A stretch of DNA of 63,153 nt, the filler included, from Hausera hauseri (Eukaryota), in the NCBI GenBank assembly GCA_046269625.1. It is 12 parts of 12 records of this genome, joined end to end, with 100 filler letters (N's around TTAATTAATTAA, not from the genome) between each part and the next. Parts side by side here need not be neighbours in the genome. Positions count along the whole stretch, not along the records: positions 23,707 to 27,693 come from JBJURY010838303.1; positions 27,794 to 31,837 come from JBJURY010797979.1; positions 31,938 to 39,598 come from JBJURY010002237.1; positions 39,699 to 45,569 come from JBJURY010176972.1; 8 more parts are not named here. One strand, 5' to 3'. Both the position numbers and the translations under genes were made by a program. The notes beneath the pieces are model-generated. The model did no database searches and was not told the origin of the DNA. It saw nothing but the letters and a program-made list of their open reading frames with translations. This document shows, in pieces, positions 26,588 to 40,687 of this stretch (position 1 is its first letter; each line of letters begins with the position of its first letter).

Positions 26588-27433
26588 TCAAAATAATATA
26601 AATAAATTTTTATTGACCCCCTCCTTCTCCCCCAACACACGCATACTATCCCCCATCAAAATACCATCTGCCGCACCATTCAAAATACCACCCCTCAATC
26701 GAACTAACATGTGTTCATTTATTCGCGTTATTTCCTCACGGAGCTGCTCATTCACTGCAGCTGCATTGTTCCGTCGTTGACGAAGTTTTTTCTCCAATCG
26801 TTTCCTGTGTTTGATGAACCAATGCAATTCGGAAATATCATTGGCACATGCCTCATGTTCTACAATAATTATCAACGATATCCAACAATCCTAACACACC
26901 TTTCTGAACGGCCATGGGCATTTCTTCGTACCGAAAGAACGCAAGACTCTCGATTTTCTGTAGAATATCATCAATTTTCTGCTTCTGTTTCACGATTTCG
27001 TTGAGCACGTTTCTTCGGTCTGTTTCCAGTCGACAAACAAGGCAACACGTGTCCGTTAGCAGATTTGCCACAGAAATTGTCAAATCGGCGGGAAAAATCA
27101 ATTTGGATTTGGAAATGAACTCGTCTGTTAATTCAACGAGACGATCGCGTAGATAATTTGTTTGTTCGCTTTCTGGTAATTTTCCTATGCCGATAATGTT
27201 TTCCTCCAAGGATTTCTTCAGCACAGTCATACCTTGCTGGAAATCATTGACGATTTTCTAATGTTAATTTGACTAAAACAATTTACCTTGGCTTTGTCCA
27301 CATTTAGTTGGTAGACATTCGTCAACTGCAAAATTTCTGCTCCATTGTTGAATTGGTATAAGAAATTTTCTTCTGATGGTGAATAATTTACAATTTGCAA
27401 ATCAGATTCGTCCTCAACGGAGACGATTTCCAT
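26588..27433 (-). CDS. Three small overlapping hypothetical ORFs (68, 125 and 95 aa)
   Basis: 27227-27433 and 26853-27230 overlap by ATGA; 26588-26875 overlaps the second. Predicted helical, no known domain. Confidence 0.35.
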
Positions 27434-27793
27434 TTAACGATAACTTTTAAATTACAATAATACAAATTTCAATATTTATTATTTTGCCCTAACTCGAAAC
27501 GATATTGCACATTATAATAAAAAAATATAGACCAGAGATAAATACAACTTATTTTGTATTATTATTAGTTTCCTGCAGGGTTTGCGCAACAAAATTAAAT
27601 AGAAATGCAAAATAATTGTATTAATAAAAAATAATCGATACTACCAGAATTTAATGAGCTATATACTCTTTGACATTTTTAAATTCGAATTTCNNNNNNN
27701 NNNNNNNNNNNNNNNNNNNNNNNNNNNNNNNNNNNNNTTAATTAATTAANNNNNNNNNNNNNNNNNNNNNNNNNNNNNNNNNNNNNNNNNNNN

Positions 27794-28526
27794 GCTAGTT
27801 CAGAAACTGTCTCTTTAACTCGTTTCCTGGGGGCAATGATCTTGGAGTAAATTTCGGTTCCGTGTATTTCTCTAATTAATACTTCTATCAGGATGTCATT
27901 TCCGTCGTCTCCTTCTCCGTAGTTTAGGGCTATGATTCTTGTATTTCGTTCGTCTTGGACTAGTCTGTAGAACTGTAGATGCTCGTCTCGGCTTTTCTCT
28001 TTTGACATTTGTTTGAACATTAGAGGTAGAAGTTGTATATAAGGGGCATCTTTGTAGGTATCTTCCATCATAATTTTGACAAGCAGAGCGGCAATACTGA
28101 ATCCCAACTCATTCCTTCAAGTTTTCACTATATAGCTGAAAAGTGCTAAATCTGACTTGCCTTCCTTCATTTGCGTCCTAGTTCTGCCCTGATATCCGAT
28201 AGTAAGTTCGCCTTCAGCTAGGTGGATGAAGATACGTTCGCAGTATACGGGCTCATACGCAATTAAATCTTTTAGTGTATACACTCGGGCATCCGAGTTG
28301 TTCCTCATTGCATAGAGGAACATTTCTTCAGAACGATTTTCTTCAGTTGTACCTATTAAATTATTGTGGATTCTGCTGATCTGGCTGAACTCAATGAACG
28401 TTTTTTCAAATAATTCGGTATTAATTTGTCGATAGATCGACTTGGATTTAGGTACGAGTACAGTAACTCATTGATGCTGTGTCTCTTTTGATCTTCGGCT
28501 TTCATCGTCATTCTAGTACTTACCAT
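27794..28526 (-). pseudogene. Unknown ORF 3' of the family B pol
   Basis: ORFs 28117-28323 and 27794-28107 share a frame, separated by a single TGA. An upstream ATG at 28526 follows an acceptor-like TTTTTAG and needs a frameshift to join that frame. Confidence 0.4.
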
Positions 28527-29669
28527 TCTAAAAATAAATAAATAACAGTTAATACTAAAACAAAGTATTGTTTTAAACTAAAACCAATTCTTTGTTTGAT
28601 GATGGAATAACCCGATCTGTAATTGTAAAGTTATTCTATCATAGGTACTATTTCGGGTGTCATTTCCCTTAATTCCCTTTCTTCGATTTCATGGCGCTTA
28701 GACTGAATTTTTGGTAAATAAACGAAAAGCCGCAACAAATATTAGAACGAACGCTGATAGTCCAATAAGTGATGAAATTGGCAAGGTTGTTAATCCAGTC
28801 GGTTTTGTGCAGTGATTGGAGTTGTTATTTCATCGCCTATATTTTCGCCTAGACGGGGTTCTGCGTGGGTTTCATCTAGAGTGGTGAATGTCTTGTTTAC
28901 CCTTTGCGTATATTTGTATTACATAACCCGACTGTTGTTTTAGTAAGTTACATTCTGTCTGATAACTATTTTTAAACAGTGCCACAATTTGGTTATTATA
29001 CAATGTTCGGCAACTTATTTGAATATCATAATTTAGTTTTTCTTCCATGGAAAACACAATTTTATACTGCTGGGTCAAGTATTTAATGGATATACTTCAT
29101 AATTCTCTTTTCTGAGTTCTATCTGACGTGACGGTATTCATTCGAGTCGTTGACTTCCTTGTCGCTTCAAACGAAATTTTCCATATTTGACCTTCCGAAT
29201 AATATCTCAAATAGATACTTGATTTATTGGGTCGGAGTTGATAGAGGTAAAACTGGATTTTATACCGTAACCTCTTGGTATTTTACAATATGGTTTCGGT
29301 ATTGTAGACCCGATGCTACAATAATCTGATGATGGGGCCGATTTATTTAATTTGGTTAATTGGATTGAGATCACTCGGTCATCAGGTAACCTTCCTTTAG
29401 TTTTAATGTTGTTACAGCTATTTCTTTTATCTTCTGAGATATCAATTATATTCTCATCTAACATTCCTTTTCGTGGGTCGGCTGATCGGTTCATTTCGCT
29501 AAATTTCACCTTGTTTGTTTTATTCTGTTTTGGCACGTTTATTTCGAGTTGTGCAATTATGTATGCCTGAGGCCCGTAAAAATAATCGTAGATCATTTGA
29601 AGCCTATATTGGTAAGTCCGTCCAAAATTTAAATCACAACATTTTTGTACAGTTCCGTAGGGTAAATCA

Positions 29670-31075
29670 CAATCTCATTTTGAGCCCATCTACATTTCTT
29701 CGGGTTCAATTTTAATCATGTATGTTCTAATCGCATCAGCGTATCTTCAATATATTTCAAACGTTCTTCTGTTCTTGACACTATCATTACATCGTCTAAG
29801 TATGCAAATAAGCGGTCCAGTCCCATGAACAGTTTATTCATCATTCTTCTAAAAATGGCCGGTCCAGTTGCAATAGCGAACGACATAAGATTGAATTCGT
29901 ATAGAACATCGTGCATCTTAAACGCTGTTTTATAATGGTCTTTGTCTTCAATTTCTACTTGCCAATATCCGGATTGTAAGTCCAGAGTAGTGAACCATTT
30001 TGCTCCTGAGAGTCTAAGGCTTCCTTTACGAATGGCAATAGGAAAATCTTTCATCATGAGAATATTTACTGCTCTGTAGTCGATGAAAAATCGATTTTTC
30101 GTAATACATTTCTTTTTTAACCATAAGTATCGGCAAATACCAAGATCTGTAGCTCGGTCTAATTATGTCGGCTTTAAACATTCGTTCGTCCCCTTGTTAA
30201 TTTGGATCTTAGCGAGTGGGGTCAAAGATAACATTTGGACATCTTCTGATCTTCAAGATCAATTTTTTTATTTGATTCAGGCTTTTTCTTGAGCAGAATT
30301 GTTAATCTTAGAGCCTTAGCTCTACCAATATCTTCATCCTTAGAAATGATTGGTTTATAATGACATAATATGTCATAGAAGCGACAATATGATTCAGATA
30401 AAAATTTAGTCTCAATATGAGCTGGAAATTCAGCGCATTTATAAGGTTTTTCTTCAATGATTATTGATGATACTTTATACGTATGGCCTAGAGTAGTATC
30501 AGCATATAATTTAATTGAAGGTGGCGCATTATTAACTAATCAGATCGGTATACGACCTGAGGTTACTCTTGTTAGTACATTATTAAATATAACATTTGGA
30601 TTTAGCGTTTCCTTTGGCTCGAAATATATCATCATCTTGTCCAATCTGTGCATAAATCAGCATCTTCCTTCTAGGCGGAATTCCTTCATCTACCGGAATA
30701 CACACTTCTCTGAGTTGTCAATCTTTTGTAGTTTTTACCTCTTTTATCGGTCCGAGTTCTATCAATTTACCGGCGTGCAATTCTACTGCGACATTCGGTA
30801 GTTGACTCAATAAGTCACATCCGAATACATCGTCGGTTAACTGTTCCATTACTGCAAATTCGTGGTGGAAATATTGTCCCATAAAGTGACCTTCGGGATT
30901 CCATTTGAACATCGGTCTCGACATTTGACTGAAAGCCCCATACTGGATACAATTGTTTTCGTAACATATGCGGTATTGAATTATTTTTGATATATAACGT
31001 TTCAGAGCCTGTGTCGATTAAGGCGTAAACGTCCCCGTCTTCGATACAAATTTTGCCGAAGGGTCTTCCTTCCAT
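29670..31075 (-). mobile_element. Ty3/Gypsy family B protease and RT (copy 1), truncated after RT
   Basis: EGRPFGKICIEDGDVYALIDTGS (protease), KWFTTLDLQSGYWQVEI, AYLDDVMI, LKLNPKKC. Collinear with 56720-57980. Confidence 0.93.
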
Positions 31076-31837
31076 TTCTCTTCCGTAACAATTTGACGCA
31101 ATTTTTGGCGCCTAATCGTCGATATTTTATGTCCATTGATTCTGATTTCTGGAGAGACAATTGTATTTTCAGCTAGTTGCTTCAATTCGCCATTCGGGTA
31201 TAATTCATTGTTTGCAATGTTGGAATCGTCTGTTTCATGGTTACTGATTAGTGTTTCTCGATTATTCGTATGCGGCTCTAGATTTCGAAAAGTTTGCGTT
31301 CTTTGATTTCCTCAGACTGTTGATCGGGTTTCTATATTTCGAGTTATTCTTGGAGAATATAATACTTTGTGATCATCCACCTTCTGTCGGCGATAAGGCG
31401 CAGTATTTTTCTTCGCTCCCATGCATTTTTTGAAAAACTACATATTGTTTCGTTCTTCATAAGGGTTTTCGGAACTAAACGGTCTTCTATAGATTTCTGT
31501 TTGATACGAGCTTATCGATCGTTTGTCAAAATCGTAGTACATTGCGCCGTTGGAGGCAACATAGGTTGTTGTGACTTTATGACAGAATACGTTTTGTGTT
31601 TGTTTATTCTGGAGATGGCATCTCTTCCTTTAGGCTCATTATCATCTGAATTGTTCTTCCGCAATTTTGGGATGCGAAATTTTCGTCCATATAAAAATGA
31701 GTTTCTCTCAGAGTTTTAGATTATGATAGCCAAAATGTCGTTCTACATCAGTTTTCCACCTGCATCCTTCATAAGCCTTCAGAAATTTTCCGAACGGTGT
31801 TATAATTGCAGTCAAAATTTTACATGAAAATCCAGTT
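31076..31837 (-). pseudogene. C-terminal part of chuvirus-like glycoprotein ORF directly upstream of protease (copy 1)
   Basis: TGFSCKILTAIITPFGKFLKAYEGCRWKTDVERHFGY...EIRINGHKIS, homologous to 55985-56704. Confidence 0.85.
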
Positions 31838-33545
31838 NNNNNNNNNNNNNNNNNNNNNNNNNNNNNNNNNNNNNNNNNNNNTTAATTAATTAANNNNNNN
31901 NNNNNNNNNNNNNNNNNNNNNNNNNNNNNNNNNNNNNTTTTCAAAACCCAATACCATGGCCAAAGCTTTGTCCAATGAAATGTCGACAATATCCTTAGCC
32001 AGTTCAAATTTAATCAATCCATTTGTATCTGACTCGAAAACTTTAAATATCGCCTTGTACTTTTAATTGGAAAAGTGTTGACAGAGCTGTGCTACAGATT
32101 TACAATAGACATTGTCTCCAATCGAGATGTATAATGTAGACTCCGTTCCTGTTGTATAGGTAAATTTCACCGTTGTCTGGTAATATATGGGACTTAACCT
32201 TGGAGCAACTTTGTTTCGTGAGTTCGCGGTTAAACAAAAAGATAAAAAAATAGTTTCAGTAATTTTAGGCTCAGTGTACATAGTAAACGAGTGCGGGGGT
32301 GCGTTATGCAACCGATTTACCCGACTTGTTTTTTTTCTTTAAAAGAAGCTTAAATGAAAATTTTGTTTTAATTCACGAAAAACGTTTTGCTTCGAGAATT
32401 TTAAAACTCCATGTTTTTTCACATTGTTTTCGGAAAATAAATTTTTGGCGATACTTATTCGATTCGTTTTACCAGAGCTAATTTTTATACCGTGGAATTT
32501 ATTTGAAATGGTACAGGCGTTGGAAATCAAATCCCCCTCAATGATTTATGATAGCAGTATTCGGAGGAACACGACCCTTTTTGGGGTGGGTTGGCTCTCC
32601 CAATAAATCTTGGTACAATGATTTCCTTCTTCAAACTAAATCAATTAAGGTACCATTCTGATACCACTACCAAGAAAATGATATAAATGATAATCTTCCC
32701 ATTATCCAAAGGTACAACGCAGATAATGATAACGACACCATGCATCATTTAGGTGTACTTACTATCCCCTTCGAATGCATTCTCACGAATAAGACAACAC
32801 ACAACACTTGGAACATATTCCGTTTCCCCAGTCGTCGAATTTTTAAGGGGATTTTTACTGTTGGAATTTTTAAATTTTGGGCTGATTAAAGAACGTTAAC
32901 AATTTCATTAAAAGGATCCAGCATTTTTCATATAAAGTAAGTAATTTGATATTTATTATTGTTGTGATATTTATTATAGTTCTTTGTGAAAATAGTTTAA
33001 TAAATAACTATACAGGCTAATATTTATAAACGTTGGAATATCGAAACTGATAATCAGACAGTAATGGAGGAAACATTGGTAATCGGCTTTTTGAATGTAC
33101 GTTACGGAATATGACCAGGATAATGTTTCCAGTTAGCAGAATGAACAATCAAAATCCTTTAAAGACTAGTTTTACAATCTTTAACAAGGAGTATGACACA
33201 ATTTGAAAGATTTAAGATGATAATAAATACAATGATGTCTCAGGAAATCACATGACGTGAGAGAAATGTTTCTCTTGAAATAAGTTTGTCGAAACAAACC
33301 TTTTGTCTTACATTGTTGCTTGTCAATACAGAACTTCAACAGTCCGTGTAAAGTATCGACAAAAACCTTTAAAGTTGACAATACTATCACTTCTTGACAT
33401 ATTATAAGAAACTGTAAAAATTAACACTATTAATTGTACCCTACTCCAAAACACATCTATAACCAACATTAGATCTGATCCCATTGATAAGAAATGGAGA
33501 CAAAAGTGAAAAATCTATTACAAAAATAAAATAAACAAATTCAAA

Positions 33546-36500
33546 TTAAAAAGATGGTTTGTCAACAAATTCCACAGAACAGCCACCCTTACAGTTCGTT
33601 CCTTCCAGTTCAAAAACCTGAATTTTATTCACACCATTCACCAGGAAATTCTGTGGAACATAAAGAGCATATTGTGGTCCCTTTGTATTCCAATAACGAC
33701 CGACATTTTCTCCATTTATCAAAAGAATTCCTTTAGTGAAACCTTGTATCAATGCATAAGTGTCATTTGGTGTTCCATTTATCTTCAAAGTGGCACTGAA
33801 TAAGCCAGCCTGAGTTGGAATTTGAATTCTATATAAAATGATTGAACAAGTAAATGAAATGTCAAATAAAATTACAATTTTTTAGAATGGGTCTGATCAA
33901 ATTGCATTTTACTGTTGAGTATTTCATCAATTTTTGTAAAATTTATTGGAATATGTTTCCAGTTTGTCAAAATCTGGCCATTTATTGAAACGTTACCAAT
34001 GATACCCTTAAAATACAACGATGATGATGTTTATCATAAAATGGATGAGGAAATGTACCTTCAAGTCATTGAACATTGAATCACCAAAATTCACGTGGCC
34101 AGAATTTTCTGTCAGCACAATCAATTCTTGTTGTGCAGGTACGGCAATTGATAACTTTTTCATATCTCTGCTTAACACGCCGATGTAGTTCTTAATAAAA
34201 TGGAAATGATTAAAAATATCAAATTTAACCATTTATTCAAAATTGTGATGAAAAATATTTTTATGAAGTTCCATGATACCAAATGATACTTCTTGTCCTT
34301 CTACATATGCAACTTTCATATTTTTATTTGCACTGAGGCATTGGCATACTTTTGATATCATTTTCCATAACATTTCTCAGCGTTATTTTGTTTATATCTC
34401 AGCAAATCCAGCTATTAATTAACATTCACGGACAGGTCTCCATTAAATTTTTGAACGGTGTCGAAGATCACTTTTCCCTGCGGAGTACTTAAGGTTTTGA
34501 CATTTTGTCAAATTGAAATCCATTTCCAATATTTTTAAGAAACCAAAAGTGTCTTTGCTACTTTCCTTATTGATGCTTTGATATTCTCGTAAAGTCTGCT
34601 ACGCATAGACTTGTGTCGATGTTAACAACTGAAATTTCATGTGGGTTATTATCACCACTTTCCTTTTACACTCGAAGGTGAATAGAACGCTTGTAGTCAT
34701 ATACAAATTTAATTAGGCCATATTTCTGCAGAATGAATGATAAAAAGTGACAAAGTATTTTTAATATCAAATTTTATGTCGACTCACATTTCGTGAATGT
34801 TAGTGATTTAGAAAAATATTTTAATTTGATAATTATTAATAATAAAAATAAATAAAATATAAAATGACACTAACAATTTGTGAATAATCCGAATTACTCG
34901 TAAAAATGTACGCATAATCACCAATTCGATCAATTGTCACAGTTACTTGCTGTCCGGCAAATGATGACGTGTTAGTCTCATAGATCATATATCCTTGATA
35001 CTGAAAATTAATTAAATTATAACAAATATTTTATGACGTCTAGAGACGAATATTGTTGAGAATTTGAAATTCAAAATTTCAATTTGTCAAATATTTTATA
35101 ATGATATGCAGTAATTGACTAAATAGGTACCCATTATGTTAATAGACTCTTATGCACTACTCTCCCATTCTACTAAAATGAACATTTGAAATTGTAACAA
35201 AATTTCTTAATGCGCATCTTTCAAGTAGAAAATACAGCAGATTGTACAAATTAACTTAATGGTCATTTATTTGGTCAATTACTGTAAAATTCTGATTTGA
35301 AAATTCTCAACAATATGACACAATTATTAACTCAATTGCCTACATGTCTCAAAAATTCCATCGGCTGTGGATAAGTAGAAACTGTTGATGGACCACCGAG
35401 AAGTTTTGGTAAATAATCCATGTTCTGCGTTACATCCAATTTACCATACGCGACTTTAGTGATATTAGCTGGTACGTCTGGTAATGATCTTTCTGGATAG
35501 AGCTGAAATCAACAATTATGAAATGAGAAAATGTTAAGAAATAGTAAACCTTTTGCAGAAGATTTCTCAAGGCCATGTACTTTGATGTAATGTCTCCTGA
35601 TTCCGATATTGGTGCATTATAGTCGTAACTGCTGATCTGGGGCTCGTAACGAGGTTGATTATTGGCTCCTGATTAAACATAATTTAATCAATATTTATTT
35701 TAATAAATTCAAACAATAAATTACCATTCCAGAATCCGAATGATGTACCTCCATGGATCATATACCTGTAAAGTAAAATCATTTGGTCATCAAGTAGTCA
35801 GAATTGTAAATCCTTACAGGCTAACACTCACACTTTTCGAATACGTAAGCATTTTCTCTAAACCATATACAACAGCATTTGAATCTACGACAGTATGTTT
35901 CTGTCCCCACGGATCCAACCAACCAGTGTAGTATTCAGAGTTTACCTGAATTAACAATGAGAATCAGATAGTTATGGTATAATGCAAAATATAAAAATTG
36001 ACAATAAAATCTTACCAATGGTCCTTTGGGTTGCCAACGTTTCAAATTCCCAAAAGCCCATTCTGGATTTTTGGCAGCTAAAATAAAGAAATGGTTAGAA
36101 ATATTCATTTTATTAAAAATTGTAAAAACAAACAAATTACAGAAAATGTATTTTTGATAGACACGAATAGACTTCCGTGAATGAAATTAGAACTAGTTAT
36201 TTATAATTTTCAATATTTTAGAATACACGGTAGTTTTGATACATCTGTATGTGGTTGGTAACTTGACGGATAGAAATATGTCTTACAATGAACGCCATTA
36301 GGATTTTATTGCGATGCAGATTCCATTAAAATGTGTCATGTATGCAGATATCAATATTATAAGAATTCTACCAACATTTTAGTTGCATTTATTCATTTTT
36401 AACAAAAAATTGATTTAAAAATTTTTTGTTTAAATTATACAAATTATTTATTTTCATGGCATTGAAATGACCGAACTATTCACAAAATATATGCACGAAA

Positions 36501-39016
36501 ATTCTACCTTAAATATGGAATTACCATAAATAACTTTTGAAATTCTCACATGAATATAGTTTGAGGTTTTACACCGAAAGTTTTTACATCCAAAGTTGGG
36601 ATTTTCTGTGTTCGTGTACTTTTGGATTTTATTATATTCATTATCCATAAGCATTACAGTAACACTGATTCACACTAACTCATCATAAATACACAACGAA
36701 AAATAAATAATACACACAAAATCTGAATATTTGGTGACAAAATTTCAATGGATTAACCATCATCATCATTAAATTGTACGTTAAAACAAATTTTCCAATG
36801 ATTTTCTGGTAAATTGCAATGCCAAAATGTAGCAAAATAAATCTGTGAATCCGTGAAAAGCAGTGGAAAATTTGTTTGCTATAATATACTATTTTACTGA
36901 TGATGATGGTTAATCCATTAAAATATATTTATAAATGACGATATTTAATTTTATGCACAAATTGTGACAAAATTCTTATAATATTGATTTCTAAATACAT
37001 GACAATGCTTAATAAAATCTGCGCTGGACAATCCAAAAGTGGGCCTTGTTAATTGGACAACGTATGCAATGGATTTTCGTATCAGAGTTACCTGACTACT
37101 CTACCAACTGTTGAATTTTTATCCCATCTCTGGCTATATCGAGTTAAATGGAAAAATAGTACATTATATATTTAAAATTTTGTAGAAAGGACCTGATTCT
37201 GATACTTTTAAACGAAAATTAGTATACATGTACGGAATTGAAAGATTATTAACAAAATAAATTTAAACGGATATAAAAATGTTAATGTTCCATTGATGTT
37301 CTGTAGAAGTAAATAATATTCATTTAGTAATCAATCACAAATATTTTGAATTACTTATAAAATATTTAATGCAAATAATTTTTGTATTCCAAATAAATTC
37401 ATTCAAAATACCAAATAGAATTTTGTTACCTCAACTATTTTCAGCACATTCCATTTTAGTCTACTATCGCATGTTACAATTCAAGTGCAAATTGTACTAA
37501 TATACAACTAATATCAGTTCATATCATTACAAATATTCACATTTGACCAGACAATATTTAGAGATAAAATTATTGTTATGTGATCACCAAAATATTCCAA
37601 TGACATAAGAAATAGATAAGTCAAATATAACAATGATAATTATTGATATCATGTAAAAATTACGCAATCATACCATCTGTGTTAAAGTCCACAGTTGCGA
37701 ATACCCTTTTATCAGATGATCCACATTTGAAATAACCATAATTGTTTCCCTCAGTTGTATAAATGATTACATCCAGACCTAGTTGTGATCGGACAATATC
37801 ATACAAAGTTTTGACATATTTTCCATCACATGTCTTGTATAATCCATACTCATTTTCTATCTAATGAAAATTGAAATGACAAAGTCGATTAATTTTACTT
37901 GGACCATAATGATAGAGCCATTATTTTGATACAAATGTGGCTTGAGTATTGGTAATAAAACTGAGTACCAATTTTTTACTGCTTGCATGTATTCTAAATA
38001 ATAATAATAATAAAAGTAATAAGATGATGATTAGGAAGAAGAATATTTGATATAACTTTGTGCTCAATAAAACGTAGAATAAACAAGTGAAAATAATTGG
38101 TTAGATGAATGAACAGTCCAACATCACCAACAATGAGCAATGATGAAAATAAAATTACAAAGAGCAGATGGTTCAGAAATATGTATTATTTATGTTTTAA
38201 TAATTGAATTAATTGTATAAAATGCCTACATTTATTGTGAAGTAATTTACACACAAAATTCAAATTTCAATGACTCACCAATTATTTCAAATTGATTGTC
38301 TAACATTTTATCAAATTTGAAATAAGAAAGATGTTTTTAATTTGCTGCTATAACAAAAAATCATCCAACTACTAATTAATAATTTATCAATTTGTTTATT
38401 AAATTTCTTAATTAATTAAAATAAATCATTACCAGGATCTGATGAACGCAACACCATTTTGGGATTTTTCCTCAGTAGCCAAGCAGGTAAACCACCCTAC
38501 CAAACTATCAATTAACAAAATTCAAACAAACAAACGATAATTACAAAATCCCATTCACCACAAATGTAAGGACCACTACGCAACAAAACCAGCAAATCCA
38601 ATTCTCGAGCAATTTTCAAAAATTCATCGAGATCTCTGTCACCTTTAAAATTGAACTGTCCTTCCTCAAATTCATGGTAATTCCACGGGACGTAGCTACA
38701 TCGTATTAACCAACATTGCAACATTCATTAAAACAAACAATTGAATTGCATTGGCCCCCATCGCCTTCACCCGCTGTAGTCGATCACGCCAATATTGTCG
38801 AGGAATTCGGAAGTAATGAATGCTACCAGCGACGTATTGAAATGTTTGGTTCTCCTTCAGAAAAATATTTTTGTCATAGTCAATGGTGAAACTGCGATCG
38901 GCGAATGAAATCTCACAGAGAAATCCTAACAAAAGTTCATCAAAATGATGACAAATGAACAACTTACCTAATAAAACAAATGATAAAATTGGCAAATATG
39001 CAATTTGACGATTCAT
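33546..39016 (-). CDS. GLB1: Beta-galactosidase (GH35, GLB1-like), multi-exon host gene
   Basis: Signal-peptide-like start, then [45 protein letters not shown] (acid/base Glu), [13 protein letters not shown] (nucleophile Glu), [47 protein letters not shown] introns, e.g. 38926-38967 (42 nt) and 38696-38738 (43 nt). Confidence 0.95.
35050..35316. repeat. MITE-like inverted repeat in a GLB1 intron
   Basis: ATATTGTTGAGAATTT (35050-35065) and AAATTCTCAACAATAT (35301-35316) form a perfect 16-bp pair. Inner pair CAGTAATTGACTAAATA/TATTTGGTCAATTACTG. Confidence 0.65.
36747..36919. repeat. Foldback/MITE-like hairpin in a GLB1 intron
   Basis: Perfect 22-bp arms AATGGATTAACCATCATCATCA/TGATGATGATGGTTAATCCATT, plus inner 14-bp pair AAACAAATTTTCCA/TGGAAAATTTGTTT. 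Confidence 0.75.
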
Positions 39017-40184
39017 CGTAGAATTGCAGGGAAATTTGATATTTGTGATGAGTTTTCAGGGGGTATAAATAGTGTTCTGTGGGGTTAGCCTTGACATTGA
39101 AAATTTTATTCATTTAAACAAATGGATTGATAAATTTCAGATATAAACTGTAACTATAACAATATGTATTATATGAATGATGAAATTTGGACTTCTTGAA
39201 TACATTCAACATTTCTTTTTTGTGCCATTTTGTTAGCAATAATAAATAAATTTATTTTTATTTACTTATTTATGTACTATAGAGATTGTACAATAATCAA
39301 TATTTTTAACATTTGTTGAACAATTATGATTTAACAAGATGATAATATCATTTGTTAGATATTTTATTGCCATTATGATCTTTCCTTCACAAACAGTATT
39401 AAAAACTTCCTTTGTAAACAAATTGTAGAATCAATGAGATATGCATGGGTAACCACATAAGTTCAATGAAGTTTGTAATAAGTGAAATAATTCCCTTATT
39501 AAATCAAACACTGTTTAATAAACAATATAAAATTATTGATTATTTTATTATCTGTAGTGTCCATATACAAAATAAAAAAATAGTAAATTTCTAACAAANN
39601 NNNNNNNNNNNNNNNNNNNNNNNNNNNNNNNNNNNNNNNNNNTTAATTAATTAANNNNNNNNNNNNNNNNNNNNNNNNNNNNNNNNNNNNNNNNNNNNAC
39701 TGTTGGAAATATTTTTACAGTTTTCAGATCGTCCTTTTACTTACGTTGTCATAGATCTCTTCTATTACTTGATTGCTACTCACTTCGCATTCTATTGAAA
39801 TATTCACAGTGGCATCGGTAATTGGCCTTTTTTATTTACAACATTAAATTAATTTGGGTAAGCTTCAGCCATTTTGGGATTTTGCCTAATTTTCAAATGG
39901 TAGAAAAATCTCAATTTGTCTAATTTTCTCGGTTGGTAATAGATTGAACTAAGTAATTTCGATTTCCAGAAATCGAAAAATTGATCATGAATATTACAAC
40001 AAACGGAGTCGCGGGATAGTATAATACATATAATCAAATTCATCTACCTGTAATCTGCGTATTGGCCGCAACATGCTCAGCCCGCCGAAAATGAATCCTT
40101 GGATCGTCGGTCGGTTTCTAGATCCACAGAATCGGAACGCCTGCGTGCAGGAATATGGCTGAAATTTCTGACACCATTTACCGG

Positions 40185-40687
40185 GAACGATGGTTCATGA
40201 ATGTTTGTGAACACCAACTTACCATCGACAATAGTTACGAAACTCTTGTAATCGTGAAAATAAAACGTACATGGTGACATTTTTGGATGAAACATTCAAA
40301 AATGAAGGAATGCCGGAAATTGTATTAGCGCAAAAATGTCGGACTGATACAAGTAAAAAAGCAAGTTTTTTTTAAATATTAAAACAAAAAATAAAAAAGG
40401 TCGGGGGAATCAGACTATTATGCATTAATCCCCCACGACTCCGTTATTTTTGATGTGGTAAGCCGTTTTGAAGAATTTTGAGAATGATATTTTCCCAATT
40501 TGAAAACATTTTCTTTTTTTTGAATATACAAATTTATTGAAATAATTCGGGTTCGGTGATACTGAATAATTGATATCAATCTCTGTTACTTCCAATTTTA
40601 AATTATTTGTAAAATAATACTAAATCCTAACGGAAGCTGTACAAAAATATATTCAATAAAAGTTAATTGCCTTTGGCTACTTATTTC
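40185..40687. repeat. Unclassified interspersed repeat, copy 1
   Basis: Clearly alignable by eye with 49270-49790, e.g. AATAATTCGGGTTCGGTGATACTGAATAAT is identical in both. Confidence 0.85.

Noticed and set aside
31938-32062. EF-hand-like peptide AIFKVFESDTNGLIKFEL on - strand
   Set aside because: Short, non-canonical loop at a contig edge; cannot be supported.
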